27,333 bases of DNA from Candidatus Hydrogenedens sp. (lineage in GTDB: Bacteria; Hydrogenedentota; Hydrogenedentia; Hydrogenedentales; Hydrogenedentaceae): assembly GCA_049968235.1 (NCBI GenBank), contig JBMFRC010000030.1:1-27333 (forward strand), read 5' to 3'. The notes under the pieces are model-generated. The model saw only the letters and a list, made by a program, of their open reading frames with translations. It did not search any database and was not told where the DNA came from. Below are positions 6,201 through 14,171 of the stretch, in pieces (the stretch's first letter is position 1; each line of letters starts with the position of its first letter). The translations under genes and the position numbers were made by a program.

Positions 6201-8558
6201 GCTATCTGGACAACGACAGTGCCTGAAGGAATTAATGTATCTTTCAAGGTTGGTATGGATATTACGCTAACTCCTTTGAAAACGGAAACATATCAAGGTG
6301 CTTCTTTCTCCATTAATGCTAATGTCATCGGTGGAACAGGAACAAAATCATATCGCTGGCTAAGAAACGGACAGGAAGTAGCAGTGACTCCAGCACCGTT
6401 ACTAACGATTAACCCTGTGAACCTGTCCGATACTGGCACATATACCATAGAGGTAACTGACAGCACACATACAGAAACAGGTGATAATAGCGTTAGTGTA
6501 TTAGTTTATCTACCTGTTGCTATCAATACTCAGCCTATTGGCGGAAACTACACGACCGGGCAAACATTATTACTCACAGTTTCTGCGACTGGCGGTAAAG
6601 GCTCTCTAAATTATGATTGGCGGAAAGGCGGTGTATCGTTAGGTACTCCGAATCTGCCATATTTAGATTTATCGCCAGCGGGTCCGGAGGATAACGGAAG
6701 TTACGATGTAGTCGTTTCGGATGAACTTGGGTCTATTCCATATGGACAGGTTATCTCCAGTTCCGCATTGATTACAGTTAACGACCCATTAGCGGTTTAT
6801 GGACCTGCAGGACAGACTACAGTATATGAGAATACACCGAATGTGCAGTTAACTGTTCTGGCAAGTGGTGGTGTATCACCGTATAGATACGAGTGGTTTA
6901 AAGACCTTAATGAAAATGGTATCTTAGACGAAGGCGAGGTATTAAGCAATACCCCGCCATTCTCTGGTGTGGATACAGACACCCTGACTGTATCATCTCC
7001 AACTATAAGCAATAGCGGAGTATATCGTTGTATTGTTACAGATGATAACGGCAATGGTACAAGTGTGGTATCGCAAGCCGGAGTATTGAATGTTGTTCCT
7101 CATCTGACTATCGCAGTTCAACCACAAAATGTAGTTCGGAATCCAGGACAGAGTGTTCAGTTTACTGTAGAAATCATCGGTGGTATCCCTCCGTTGACAT
7201 ACACATGGCGTCGAGCCAGCATCGGCAATCTACCTCCTGAACAACAGCCCGGTGGAAATGTTTTGACACTGAACAATCTGAACGAGACAGATGAAGATTT
7301 CTACGATGTAATTATTCAAGACAGCGGGACTGATAGTATTACATCCGATGCAGTATTTTTGATGATAGTGGATAACCCACTTACGATTACTTCTCAGCCA
7401 ACAGACTTACGGGCGTATGTCGGAGAGTATCCATCACATACTCTTCAGGTAGTTGCAAATGGTGGATATGGAACTATCCACTACCTATGGATGAAGGATA
7501 ATCAGCCTGCCCCCGGTGTGAATAACCAATCCATCTACTTTATTACACCATTGACCACGAATGTCTCAGGGACTTATTACTGTGTGGTTAGCGATGATGT
7601 CCCAGAGAATAATATCAACTCGGATTCTGTAGAAGTATTAATTGCGGAGCATATGCAGTTTGTAAATGACCTACCTTCGGTGAAATACGCACCATATAAT
7701 GAACCGTTGACTTTAACTGTCTTGCTATCGGGCGGTTTAGGGAATCTTAATTACGAATGGTGGTTTAATAATGGCAATGGTTATACCCAGATAAGTGGCA
7801 ATTCTCCAACGATTAATTTGGGGAATCCCACAAGTATCAATACAGGGTTGTATTATGTACGTGTATTTGATGAGCGCGAAGAACTGCAATCCATAGTTTG
7901 TCAAATCTATGTAGGTGAAGATTTAGCGATTACACAACAACCTCAGGAAGTATTGATTTATATAGATGAAGGTCCTAATTTCCAGTTGGATGTTCAGACC
8001 ACCGATGGCTTTGGAAATAAACAATACACATGGTATCGTAATAATGAACTGGCTCCTGGAATAAATAATGAAGCAGTTTATGTATCCCCTCAAATAGAAC
8101 CATTATTGTCAGGTAATTATTGGGTTGAAGTTCGGGATGAAAAAGATACAGTACGGTCTGAACAAGCACGAGTTGCTATTAGTTCTCATGCAGAATTTCT
8201 CCGCCAACCTACAGGTGGAACAGTAGGAGAAGGAAATACCTGGCGATTTGAGGTAGAAGTAACGGGTGGGTTAATTGAATTGCATTATCAATGGAAATTC
8301 CAGCCGTTAGGTAAAGTGAAAGAAATTCAAAATATTGGCACAGATTCACCTATATTGGAAATCGCGGATATTAGTTCGAATGATGCAGGTTTATATTGGG
8401 TTGAAGTTACAGATGCTCGTGAGACAATTTCCTCAAATCAAGTTATATTAAATGTAGAAAAAGATATACCCTCGCATAATTTGTTAGGTATTACAATCAT
8501 AATTATTTCTATCATATCGATATTTTTCTATATTAAACAGTCCAAAGCAAAAGTATAA
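3288..8558 (+). CDS. Large intact ORF (1756 codons) for the remainder of giant surface protein paralog B: tail of the SGNH domain (DPIHLN His block), 2 Ig-like domains, a beta-solenoid-like segment, a ~380-aa Gly-rich GGxGGx tract, 8 tandem ~90-aa Ig (I-set-like) repeats and a C-terminal TM anchor
   Basis: ORF track 3288..8558. It begins at TTG one nucleotide after the TGA of the upstream fragment. Motifs read directly: DTTPPFVASI and DTTSPTVLI Ig-like openings. Gly-rich GGVGGSSGSGGNGGPGG...GGAGGAGGNGGNGG. Eight repeats each carry a GGxGxxxYxW motif (YRWLRNG, YDWRKGG, YEWFKD, YTWRRAS, YLWMKDN, YEWWFNN, YTWYRNN, YQWKFQP at about 270-nt spacing) and an SGxYxCxVxD-type motif (DTGTYTIEVTD, NSGVYRCIVTDD, VSGTYYCVVSDD, DAGLYWVEVTDA ...). 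The C-terminus is NLLGITIIIISIISIFFYIKQSKAKV. Whether it is expressed is uncertain because the upstream part is disrupted. Confidence 0.7.
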   Translation: MNSAFVELGWRKRNIANTRNRVAYIHNFGLQQYRHGHPGFWDKGPVYRPAFASNISPIPGDPTDYIPYPGGFIEYPTPRVGLANNGNDPIHLNTTGYRDLCGYALYQFFANWLIDTTPPFVASITRNPSAPNPTNTQTLEFIVTFTEPVTNVTLDDFVIEGIGFSGASLVSISGSGTTRTVTINRGTGQGDISIDLIDRDTIYDMNWRVLGNALGQNFGAGNANYTAGEYYTIDTTSPTVLITADTPQPNETTYATFTTTFSEPVTGFTASDIQLTVSGSGIAQVTNFSGSGATYNFGITVARSSDIFVTVNIPNGICSDIAGNPNQGYTYDNYYFKLPPFASTDVYLSNGTLGDLTVNSGDILVFYTGTNTLPPYYQINSGMQIQGQLLDIGSGNKVGKFNFQSIYVPSGVSITVSGTNPLVIAGTKDITWNSPVDVSGAVPGRAGGGVGGSSGSGGNGGPGGVGGTSGGSGALSAPGGAGGDYSNGGQGQPGTSYSGYAGGAGGQGSVGQNGSAGASGTVGFNGMGSPGSGGGGGSGGPASPVWGNGGSAGSGGPSGGGGGGKTCENGNPGGNDGDGYNGGNANPGAPGNNGQNGSPGGNASFIAPANDLTLAGGAGGGGGGGGGGGSGGQGGGKGGGGGSGGSGGGGGGAWNAPCHNCSGSAIDGFGGVGGIGGAGGAGGNGGNGGTAPKARDGGKGGDRCGVIVLSARGLVVFGGQINISASAPGSGGTTVPANPGSAGVDPGNNWGWGSGGGNGTQGYWANSIGWCFPVESNGGNGGSGGRGGRGGIGGTGGQSRTSGAGGIGGLGTPGMFKLHGSIILTSGGLVVCNNHTTDASSNIIGRFTHISNMRSPTYPAFSDDILIGATQNDAVLKAPAPYNLLISAPLIPQLVGGPATGGFTESDFWNKSQVNTPGIDLVEKVELSGSNSPFKDFKQIFLVNNGGVDAKEVELYVDGSPTYYIGIIPSGAIWTTTVPEGINVSFKVGMDITLTPLKTETYQGASFSINANVIGGTGTKSYRWLRNGQEVAVTPAPLLTINPVNLSDTGTYTIEVTDSTHTETGDNSVSVLVYLPVAINTQPIGGNYTTGQTLLLTVSATGGKGSLNYDWRKGGVSLGTPNLPYLDLSPAGPEDNGSYDVVVSDELGSIPYGQVISSSALITVNDPLAVYGPAGQTTVYENTPNVQLTVLASGGVSPYRYEWFKDLNENGILDEGEVLSNTPPFSGVDTDTLTVSSPTISNSGVYRCIVTDDNGNGTSVVSQAGVLNVVPHLTIAVQPQNVVRNPGQSVQFTVEIIGGIPPLTYTWRRASIGNLPPEQQPGGNVLTLNNLNETDEDFYDVIIQDSGTDSITSDAVFLMIVDNPLTITSQPTDLRAYVGEYPSHTLQVVANGGYGTIHYLWMKDNQPAPGVNNQSIYFITPLTTNVSGTYYCVVSDDVPENNINSDSVEVLIAEHMQFVNDLPSVKYAPYNEPLTLTVLLSGGLGNLNYEWWFNNGNGYTQISGNSPTINLGNPTSINTGLYYVRVFDEREELQSIVCQIYVGEDLAITQQPQEVLIYIDEGPNFQLDVQTTDGFGNKQYTWYRNNELAPGINNEAVYVSPQIEPLLSGNYWVEVRDEKDTVRSEQARVAISSHAEFLRQPTGGTVGEGNTWRFEVEVTGGLIELHYQWKFQPLGKVKEIQNIGTDSPILEIADISSNDAGLYWVEVTDARETISSNQVILNVEKDIPSHNLLGITIIIISIISIFFYIKQSKAKV
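5142..5173 (+). repeat. Perfect 9-bp tandem repeat (GGAGGAGGC) x3 plus a partial copy inside the Gly-rich coding tract
   Basis: Read directly: ggaggaggc ggaggaggc ggaggaggc ggagg. It encodes GGG units in frame and is a plausible slipped-strand length-variation site. Confidence 0.7.
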
Positions 8559-8572
8559 TTTTTTATAAAATT

Positions 8573-8606
8573 TTGGGGAACTTTTATGATCCCCAAGACA
8601 ATTTTT
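8573..8606 (+). terminator. Putative intrinsic terminator downstream of the paralog B ORF
   Basis: Inverted repeat ttgggga (8573-8579) / tccccaa (8590-8596) with a 10-nt loop, followed by gacaattttt (T-run 8602-8606). It starts 15 nt after the TAA at 8556-8558. Confidence 0.4.
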
Positions 8607-8796
8607 ATTATTACAGAAATAATGGAACTGTGATTTTGTGATTTATCTATTAAAGAGTAAATATGAAGGTGTCATTTTTATAAAGCGATAATTATATTGA
8701 ATGTGAAAAAAAGAATAAAGGGATAAATGCATCAAACATTAGAGGGTGGGCTTCTACATAAATAAAATTCCAACTAAATATTTGCAGAGAAGTTTA

Positions 8797-11772
8797 TCAG
8801 ATGTCGGATTTCTTCTTAAAACCTACACTTTTAGGACTTGGTATTGAAGTTCTTGGGACTATGATAGATTCTTTTTGTTGTATAGTTTGAGTTTCTGGAG
8901 TTACATTCTGAGTTTTCATTTCTATATTTTGGGATGATTGGGAGGGTTCTTTTTGTTGAAGTAGCGAAGAATTCGGGCTGGCATATTTGGTGGTAGGTAT
9001 TTTTGTCTCTTTATTTAATTGGAGAACTTTTAACATTTGTTCAATATACTCTGCAATTTCAATACGTTTTGATAGTAGCAAATTGGGATTTCTTGAAAAA
9101 TTAACTAAGTCGGGACAGAATTCTTGAAAGTTATAAACTTTTTCTGCTTGTTGTAACAATTCAGGATTATTTCCGGTATTTTTAAGTTCTTTGATTAGTT
9201 TTGAGAATATATTTAAGTAATCATAATCTTCAATTCCATCGCGAATTATTTCCCAGCGGATAGAATTTAGAGGTCCTTCTTTTCCAGGATATACCAGAAA
9301 TCCATCTCCATTTGTGGGAATTACATCGAGAGGACATTTTTGTGGGTCATTTTCCCTGGAATAATTGATACACCAGTAATGGACACCCTTAATTCCCAAC
9401 ATCCATGTCTGCCAGAAGAAAATTCTATGCTCAATCCCTGCAAAATCAAGGAAGAAATTGGCATAGGGACGAGGAGGTGCATGATTTACACACCACCAGA
9501 CCTCTTTTCCCGCCTGAATTTTTTCCAGTATGTATCTGTTAAATTGTGTATCCATCACAGGGCTATGAATACACCAGATATCTACATTCTCAGGAAGTAT
9601 TGGATTTAGTCCTCGTGTGGTTATCATCAACGGTAGGTCGGGAGTCTGAATTTTCCATTGAGTAATTGTATTTAATAATTTTTCTTTATCTTCTTCTTTC
9701 GGATATTCCCATAACGGGACAAAAGATTTTTTTAGCAGGTTGTTTGTTTGCAAAAAAGAATAGAGTGCTTTTAATTGTTCCGGTTGTTGTATTAATTGGG
9801 ATGGTATTGTAAAGGTATTTATACCTTCTTTAATAAGCCGTTGTATTTTCGGTAATATATTAGAAAGTTCCTGGGAATAATCGGAAGTTTTGGGTAAGGG
9901 TAGTTGTGTAAGTTCGCGAAGTGTTATTCGGTGTTCGATAGCATTTTGTAGGTATGCTGAAGCCACTGCGGAAGCATTCGGTTTATCTCCTGTAAGCACC
10001 TGAGAACTTTTGAGAGCATTTTCCCATGAAAACCCAAAATCTGTTTTTAGAGTGGGAATGTCCGGTAAAGCAAATTCGAACACATGAATATTTAGTTCCA
10101 ATTCTACAGGGTCGAAAGAGTTACTCTGTAATTCAAAAATTCCTTGATAGTCACCGGGGGGAAGGGTTTCAGGAGCGTATAATGTTATCCAGAAAGCGGA
10201 AGTCGTCTGTGGCGGAATTTTTATTGTGTTCGTTGGAGCAAGCATATCTGGCCAATAACCTGTGGGTCCTTCGTAGTAAGAAGGAATAACCACAGGATGA
10301 TATTTTACTTCATAGGTGGAAACGACATCTTTCGGCATGGACATTCCTGTTTGACGATTTTTAAGTTCAGAAAGAATTCCCTGAATGGTGCATGTGTCAT
10401 TCCCATTATTCCTTACAACAATTTGAATGGATTCCCGTTCCTTTCTTGCAAGGAATATTTTTAGTGCTGAATCCGTTTGATTAGAAGGTTCCGGATTATC
10501 TTCCGGGAAAACCTTAAAAAGAGATGATTCCGACCAGATTTTTGTTGTGGCATTCTGGAATAATAAACTTCTTTCTAATTTTCGAGGACCTTTGTCCAAT
10601 GCTTTGGTAGCATCTGTCCATGGAGGAAATGGTTCTTCATTCGTCGTTAAAGATGTTTCGGTACTGCCCACAACGAATTGAGTATCAATTCCTCCATGAG
10701 GCGAACCTGTTTCTTTACCGAGATAATACGGTTTTCCGTTCTGTTCTAACTGAGCAAGGAAATCATACCTCCCCGGTCCCGGTGCTGTCCATTCGTAAGT
10801 GCAACGAATAAGTATGTTGGGTTGAAAATCGAATTTCTTTGTGGGTAAATGCCATACTCTACCATCATGTCCAAGTATTCGTGATTGGATACGCATATTT
10901 TTGAAGTCACGGTTTGGAGAGAGAAGCAAAATCAGTTTTCCATCTTCTTTGTAATCTAATTGGCAGGCTATTTCTTCCGAAGCGAAATTAACATGGCTAA
11001 GTCCACGAACTATTGAAAGTTTATAAATAGTTGACCATGTATCACCGGGTTTTAGTAAAGATGGAAGAAACCATGATTGCACTCCTTGTTTACTTTCCTG
11101 AGGCTCCCATACGGCTAAAAAGGAATGAAGCATATCCGCATGGAATATAAGACAAACATTGGCTAAGAGTTCCTGATCTGTATAGGCAGACCAATTTCGA
11201 GATGCAACCCAATGATGACTGGAATTGATTGTCATAATACCTTCTGTGGTAGGCAGTTCTAAACGGTCAGATTCATTCCATTTTCCCCCAGGGTTAATGG
11301 AGTTGGCTACCCATGGAGCTATCCACTGACTTTCGTTCCCTTCGTTTTTAACTTCTAATTTGATAGAAAGTCCTGCTACAAAGGGTGATAATTGAATGGT
11401 TCGCTTTACTTTTAGCCCTTGTATATTGGGTCCTTCGCAATTATAGGTATAGCGAAACTCTTTTGTCCCGTCAGGTAATGTACTTTGCTCCCATTGCTCA
11501 TTGATTTTCCGATTGGGAACATAAAAATTGCCTACACCAAAGCCTTCCTGAAACATTCCCAGAGGACCTGCAATGTTATCCGCTGGGTTTGTCAAACCAA
11601 GTTGAGTAATGACTCCCTGTTTAGCAGGATCTATTTTTAACCACATATAGTGAGATTTTACTTCTGTCTCAGTATCTATGTTTTGTGATGTGGTATTGAA
11701 CGAGATAAAAATTACAAACAGTTGTAGAAATATTGCAATATACGCTCTTGTTTCAGTAGATAAGTCCATCAT
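8797..11772 (-). CDS. Large secreted protein (991 aa) with an N-terminal signal/TM segment; putative glycoside-hydrolase-like protein carrying a DUF4091-type C-terminal region
   Basis: ORF track. N-terminus MMDLSTETRAYIAIFLQLFVIFISF is hydrophobic. A C-terminal-third block WCINYSRENDPQKCPLDVIPTNGDGFLVYPGKEGPLNSIRWEIIRDGIEDYDYLN matches my recollection of the DUF4091 signature (DGxLxYPG...SIRxExxRDGxEDYEYL). Stop is TGA. The family assignment is from memory, not a search. Confidence 0.55.
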   Translation of the reverse strand: MMDLSTETRAYIAIFLQLFVIFISFNTTSQNIDTETEVKSHYMWLKIDPAKQGVITQLGLTNPADNIAGPLGMFQEGFGVGNFYVPNRKINEQWEQSTLPDGTKEFRYTYNCEGPNIQGLKVKRTIQLSPFVAGLSIKLEVKNEGNESQWIAPWVANSINPGGKWNESDRLELPTTEGIMTINSSHHWVASRNWSAYTDQELLANVCLIFHADMLHSFLAVWEPQESKQGVQSWFLPSLLKPGDTWSTIYKLSIVRGLSHVNFASEEIACQLDYKEDGKLILLLSPNRDFKNMRIQSRILGHDGRVWHLPTKKFDFQPNILIRCTYEWTAPGPGRYDFLAQLEQNGKPYYLGKETGSPHGGIDTQFVVGSTETSLTTNEEPFPPWTDATKALDKGPRKLERSLLFQNATTKIWSESSLFKVFPEDNPEPSNQTDSALKIFLARKERESIQIVVRNNGNDTCTIQGILSELKNRQTGMSMPKDVVSTYEVKYHPVVIPSYYEGPTGYWPDMLAPTNTIKIPPQTTSAFWITLYAPETLPPGDYQGIFELQSNSFDPVELELNIHVFEFALPDIPTLKTDFGFSWENALKSSQVLTGDKPNASAVASAYLQNAIEHRITLRELTQLPLPKTSDYSQELSNILPKIQRLIKEGINTFTIPSQLIQQPEQLKALYSFLQTNNLLKKSFVPLWEYPKEEDKEKLLNTITQWKIQTPDLPLMITTRGLNPILPENVDIWCIHSPVMDTQFNRYILEKIQAGKEVWWCVNHAPPRPYANFFLDFAGIEHRIFFWQTWMLGIKGVHYWCINYSRENDPQKCPLDVIPTNGDGFLVYPGKEGPLNSIRWEIIRDGIEDYDYLNIFSKLIKELKNTGNNPELLQQAEKVYNFQEFCPDLVNFSRNPNLLLSKRIEIAEYIEQMLKVLQLNKETKIPTTKYASPNSSLLQQKEPSQSSQNIEMKTQNVTPETQTIQQKESIIVPRTSIPSPKSVGFKKKSDI

Positions 11773-11872
11773 AGGTAATCTGATAGTGTAATTTTTTTTG
11801 AATATATGATTTAATTAAGGGATAAGTATAATGAATTTCTGCTATGATTATCATTTTTTGATTTTAAGAAAT

Positions 11873-11903
11873 TTGCGAAAATCGAGTTACTTTACGTTAT
11901 AAT
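11873..11903 (+). promoter_or_regulatory. Candidate sigma70-type promoter for the dehydrogenase gene pair (TTGCGA -35, TATAAT -10)
   Basis: TTGCGA at 11873-11878 and TATAAT at 11898-11903. The 19-nt spacer is longer than optimal. It lies about 80 nt upstream of the ATG at 11984. Confidence 0.25.
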
Positions 11904-11983
11904 ACAAACAGGGGATAATTTGATATTAAACAGTTTCGATTCAAACAATCTATTTTCTTACAGAAATTTAAAAGGAAAAGATA

Positions 11984-13041
11984 ATATGAAAGCGTTAAGA
12001 CTTTATGCACCCGGAGATTTAAGGTTGGAAGAAATTCCTATTCCTCTACCGAGCCCTGATGAGGTGCTGGTTCGCATACTGGCATGTGGAATTTGTGGTT
12101 CTGATATACCTCGTGTATTCGAACATGGAACTTACAAATATCCTCTTATCCCGGGTCATGAGTTTTCAGGTATTGTTGAGAAAGTAGGTTCTGAAACTGG
12201 AAAAGATTGGATAGGACGACATGTAGTCGTATATCCATTAATCCCTTGTAGGCAATGTTCCTCATGCTATTCGGGTTTATATACACAGTGTCTTAATTAT
12301 GATTACTTAGGGTCAAGAAGAGATGGGGGATTTGCGGAATATGTTACTGTACCAAGAGATAATATTATTCCTGTTCCGGATGGAGTTCCCGGAGAAGTTT
12401 CAGCAATAACAGAACCCTGTGCTGTGGCTTTGCATGCAGTAAGAAAGGCTCAAGTTTGTGCCGGAGATACCGTATTGATAACAGGTGCAGGAACAATTGG
12501 TATATTGATTGCTCTATGGGCAAGGGCTTCCGGGGCAGAAGTTCTAATGACAGACCTTATTATAAAGAAGTTAAAGTTTGCTCGTTCTTTAGGTTTTCAA
12601 CATCTCTTAGATGCGGGACAGGCAAACGTATCTGAATGGGTAAAACAAAGATATAAAAATGGGGTTAATTTAGTTTTTGAAACAACGGGACATCCTGGAG
12701 GGTTAGAAACGGCTATAGAAAGTTGCTGTATTTCGGGGAGAATTATTTTAGTCGGAAATCCATCTTTTGAAGAAATGAAACTCCCTGCAAAACAATACGG
12801 AACAATTTTGCGTAAAGAAATTCAGATTACAGGAGTATGGAATTCATGGATAAATGAGTATCCCAAAAATGAATGGCAGGTGGTCTTGCAGGAATTTAAA
12901 AAAGATAGTTCCCTTTATTCAAAAGTTATTACTCATAAAGTTCCTATTGAAGGGCTTAAAGAATTGTTCATGGAAATATACAACAAAAAAGTTTTTCCTA
13001 TAAAGGCAATATATTGTAATAAGGAGATAAACTCATGTTAG
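11984..13041 (+). CDS. Zn-dependent medium-chain dehydrogenase/reductase (MDR) family alcohol/polyol dehydrogenase (sorbitol/galactitol-phosphate/threonine dehydrogenase-like)
   Basis: The track ORF 11920..13041 contains MKALRLYAPGDLRLEEIPIP at 11984, preceded by the purine-rich stretch aaaggaaaag. That ATG is the more likely start. Catalytic Zn motif GHEFSGIVEKVG. Structural Zn Cys cluster CRQCSSCYSGLYTQC. GxGxxG ITGAGTIG. Confidence 0.8.
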
Positions 13042-14069
13042 CATTGGTATTTGAAGATATTGGGAAACTGGCATTAAAAGAGGTTCCAAAACCGCAAGTA
13101 GTACCGGGTTCGGTATTGGTAAAAGTCAAATCTTGTGCTATTTGTGGTTCTGATTTGAGAATAATCAATAATGGAAATAGCCGAGTTAAGGTCCCTACGA
13201 TATTGGGTCATGAAGCCTCAGGTGAGGTTGTAGAAGTAGGAGAAGGTGTAAATCGTTTTAAGGTCGGAGACCGAGTGGCAATAGGTTCCGATGTCCCCTG
13301 TGGAACCTGCGTTTATTGTGAAGCAGGAATAGGTAATATATGCCCAATAAATTATGCTATGGGTTATCAGTTTCCGGGAAGTTTCGCTGAGTATGTGTTA
13401 TTGAACCCTCTGGTGGTAGAACATGGTCCTGTTCATCATATTCCGGATAATGTATCTTATGATGAGTCCGCATTAGCAGAACCGTTGGCATGTTGTCTGA
13501 ATGCTTTGGAATTATGTGGAGTGAATTTAGGGGAAAGTGTTGTTATTATTGGTGCAGGACCAATAGGATGTATGCTGATGGAAGTATCTCGTAAAATGGG
13601 TGCAGGAAAAGTTATTGCGGTAAATCGCACACGGAAAAGAGAAAATGTTGTTCAGCAAGTTGCTGATGTAATTATATATACATCAGAAGAAAATCTTGTT
13701 TCTCGAATCTTAGAAGAGACAGGAGGTTTGGGGGCGGATGTAGTTCTAACTGCCTGTTCATCTCCGGAAGCACAGATAGATGCTTTACATATCGTAAGAA
13801 ATCGCGGTCGTGTAAATTTCTTCGGTGGTTTGCCACCGGGAACTCCACCAACGCCCATCGACACAAACATAATCCACTATAAAGAAATACTACTTACCGG
13901 GGCACATGGTTCTGTTCCACGTCATCATCGACAGGCTCTTGAACTTATATCTCGTGGAATTGTACAGGTAAAAAGATATATTTCCTCGGCATATCCTCTC
14001 TCAAAATCTCTGGAAGCGTTTCAGAAAGCGAGTGAAAAAACAGAAATGCGTGTTCTTATTCAGCCCTGA
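13035..14069 (+). CDS. Second Zn-dependent MDR-family alcohol/polyol dehydrogenase, a tandem paralog
   Basis: ORF track. CAICGSD, GHEASGEVVEVGEGV, Cys cluster CGTCVYCEAGIGNIC, IIGAGPIG. Its ATG overlaps the TAG of the upstream gene in ATGTTAG (7-nt overlap). Ends in TGA at a length typical for the family (344 aa). Confidence 0.85.
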   Translation: MLALVFEDIGKLALKEVPKPQVVPGSVLVKVKSCAICGSDLRIINNGNSRVKVPTILGHEASGEVVEVGEGVNRFKVGDRVAIGSDVPCGTCVYCEAGIGNICPINYAMGYQFPGSFAEYVLLNPLVVEHGPVHHIPDNVSYDESALAEPLACCLNALELCGVNLGESVVIIGAGPIGCMLMEVSRKMGAGKVIAVNRTRKRENVVQQVADVIIYTSEENLVSRILEETGGLGADVVLTACSSPEAQIDALHIVRNRGRVNFFGGLPPGTPPTPIDTNIIHYKEILLTGAHGSVPRHHRQALELISRGIVQVKRYISSAYPLSKSLEAFQKASEKTEMRVLIQP

Positions 14070-14171
14070 CTTTATGCGATTTATGGGTCGAGCATACGAT
14101 AATAAATAACAATCTTAGAAATATTTAATGATATTATTTATTATTGAATTTTGAACATAAGGTTTATAAAT

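Noticed and set aside
1-8558. Inversion or gene-conversion switching between the two inverted paralogs (antigenic variation cassette)
   Set aside because: Nucleotide identity between the copies is only about 70-80% in the best-conserved blocks I compared, with no long identical stretches, so homologous recombination should be inefficient. No recombinase or invertase gene and no short inverted repeats flank the spacer.
9340-10811. Small + strand ORFs inside the DUF4091 gene (9340..9609, 10026..10289, 10620..10811) and similar antisense ORFs inside pilT, yidC, jag, mnmE and the helicase gene
   Set aside because: They are fully nested antisense to long, well-supported genes, with no motifs. Treated as chance ORFs.
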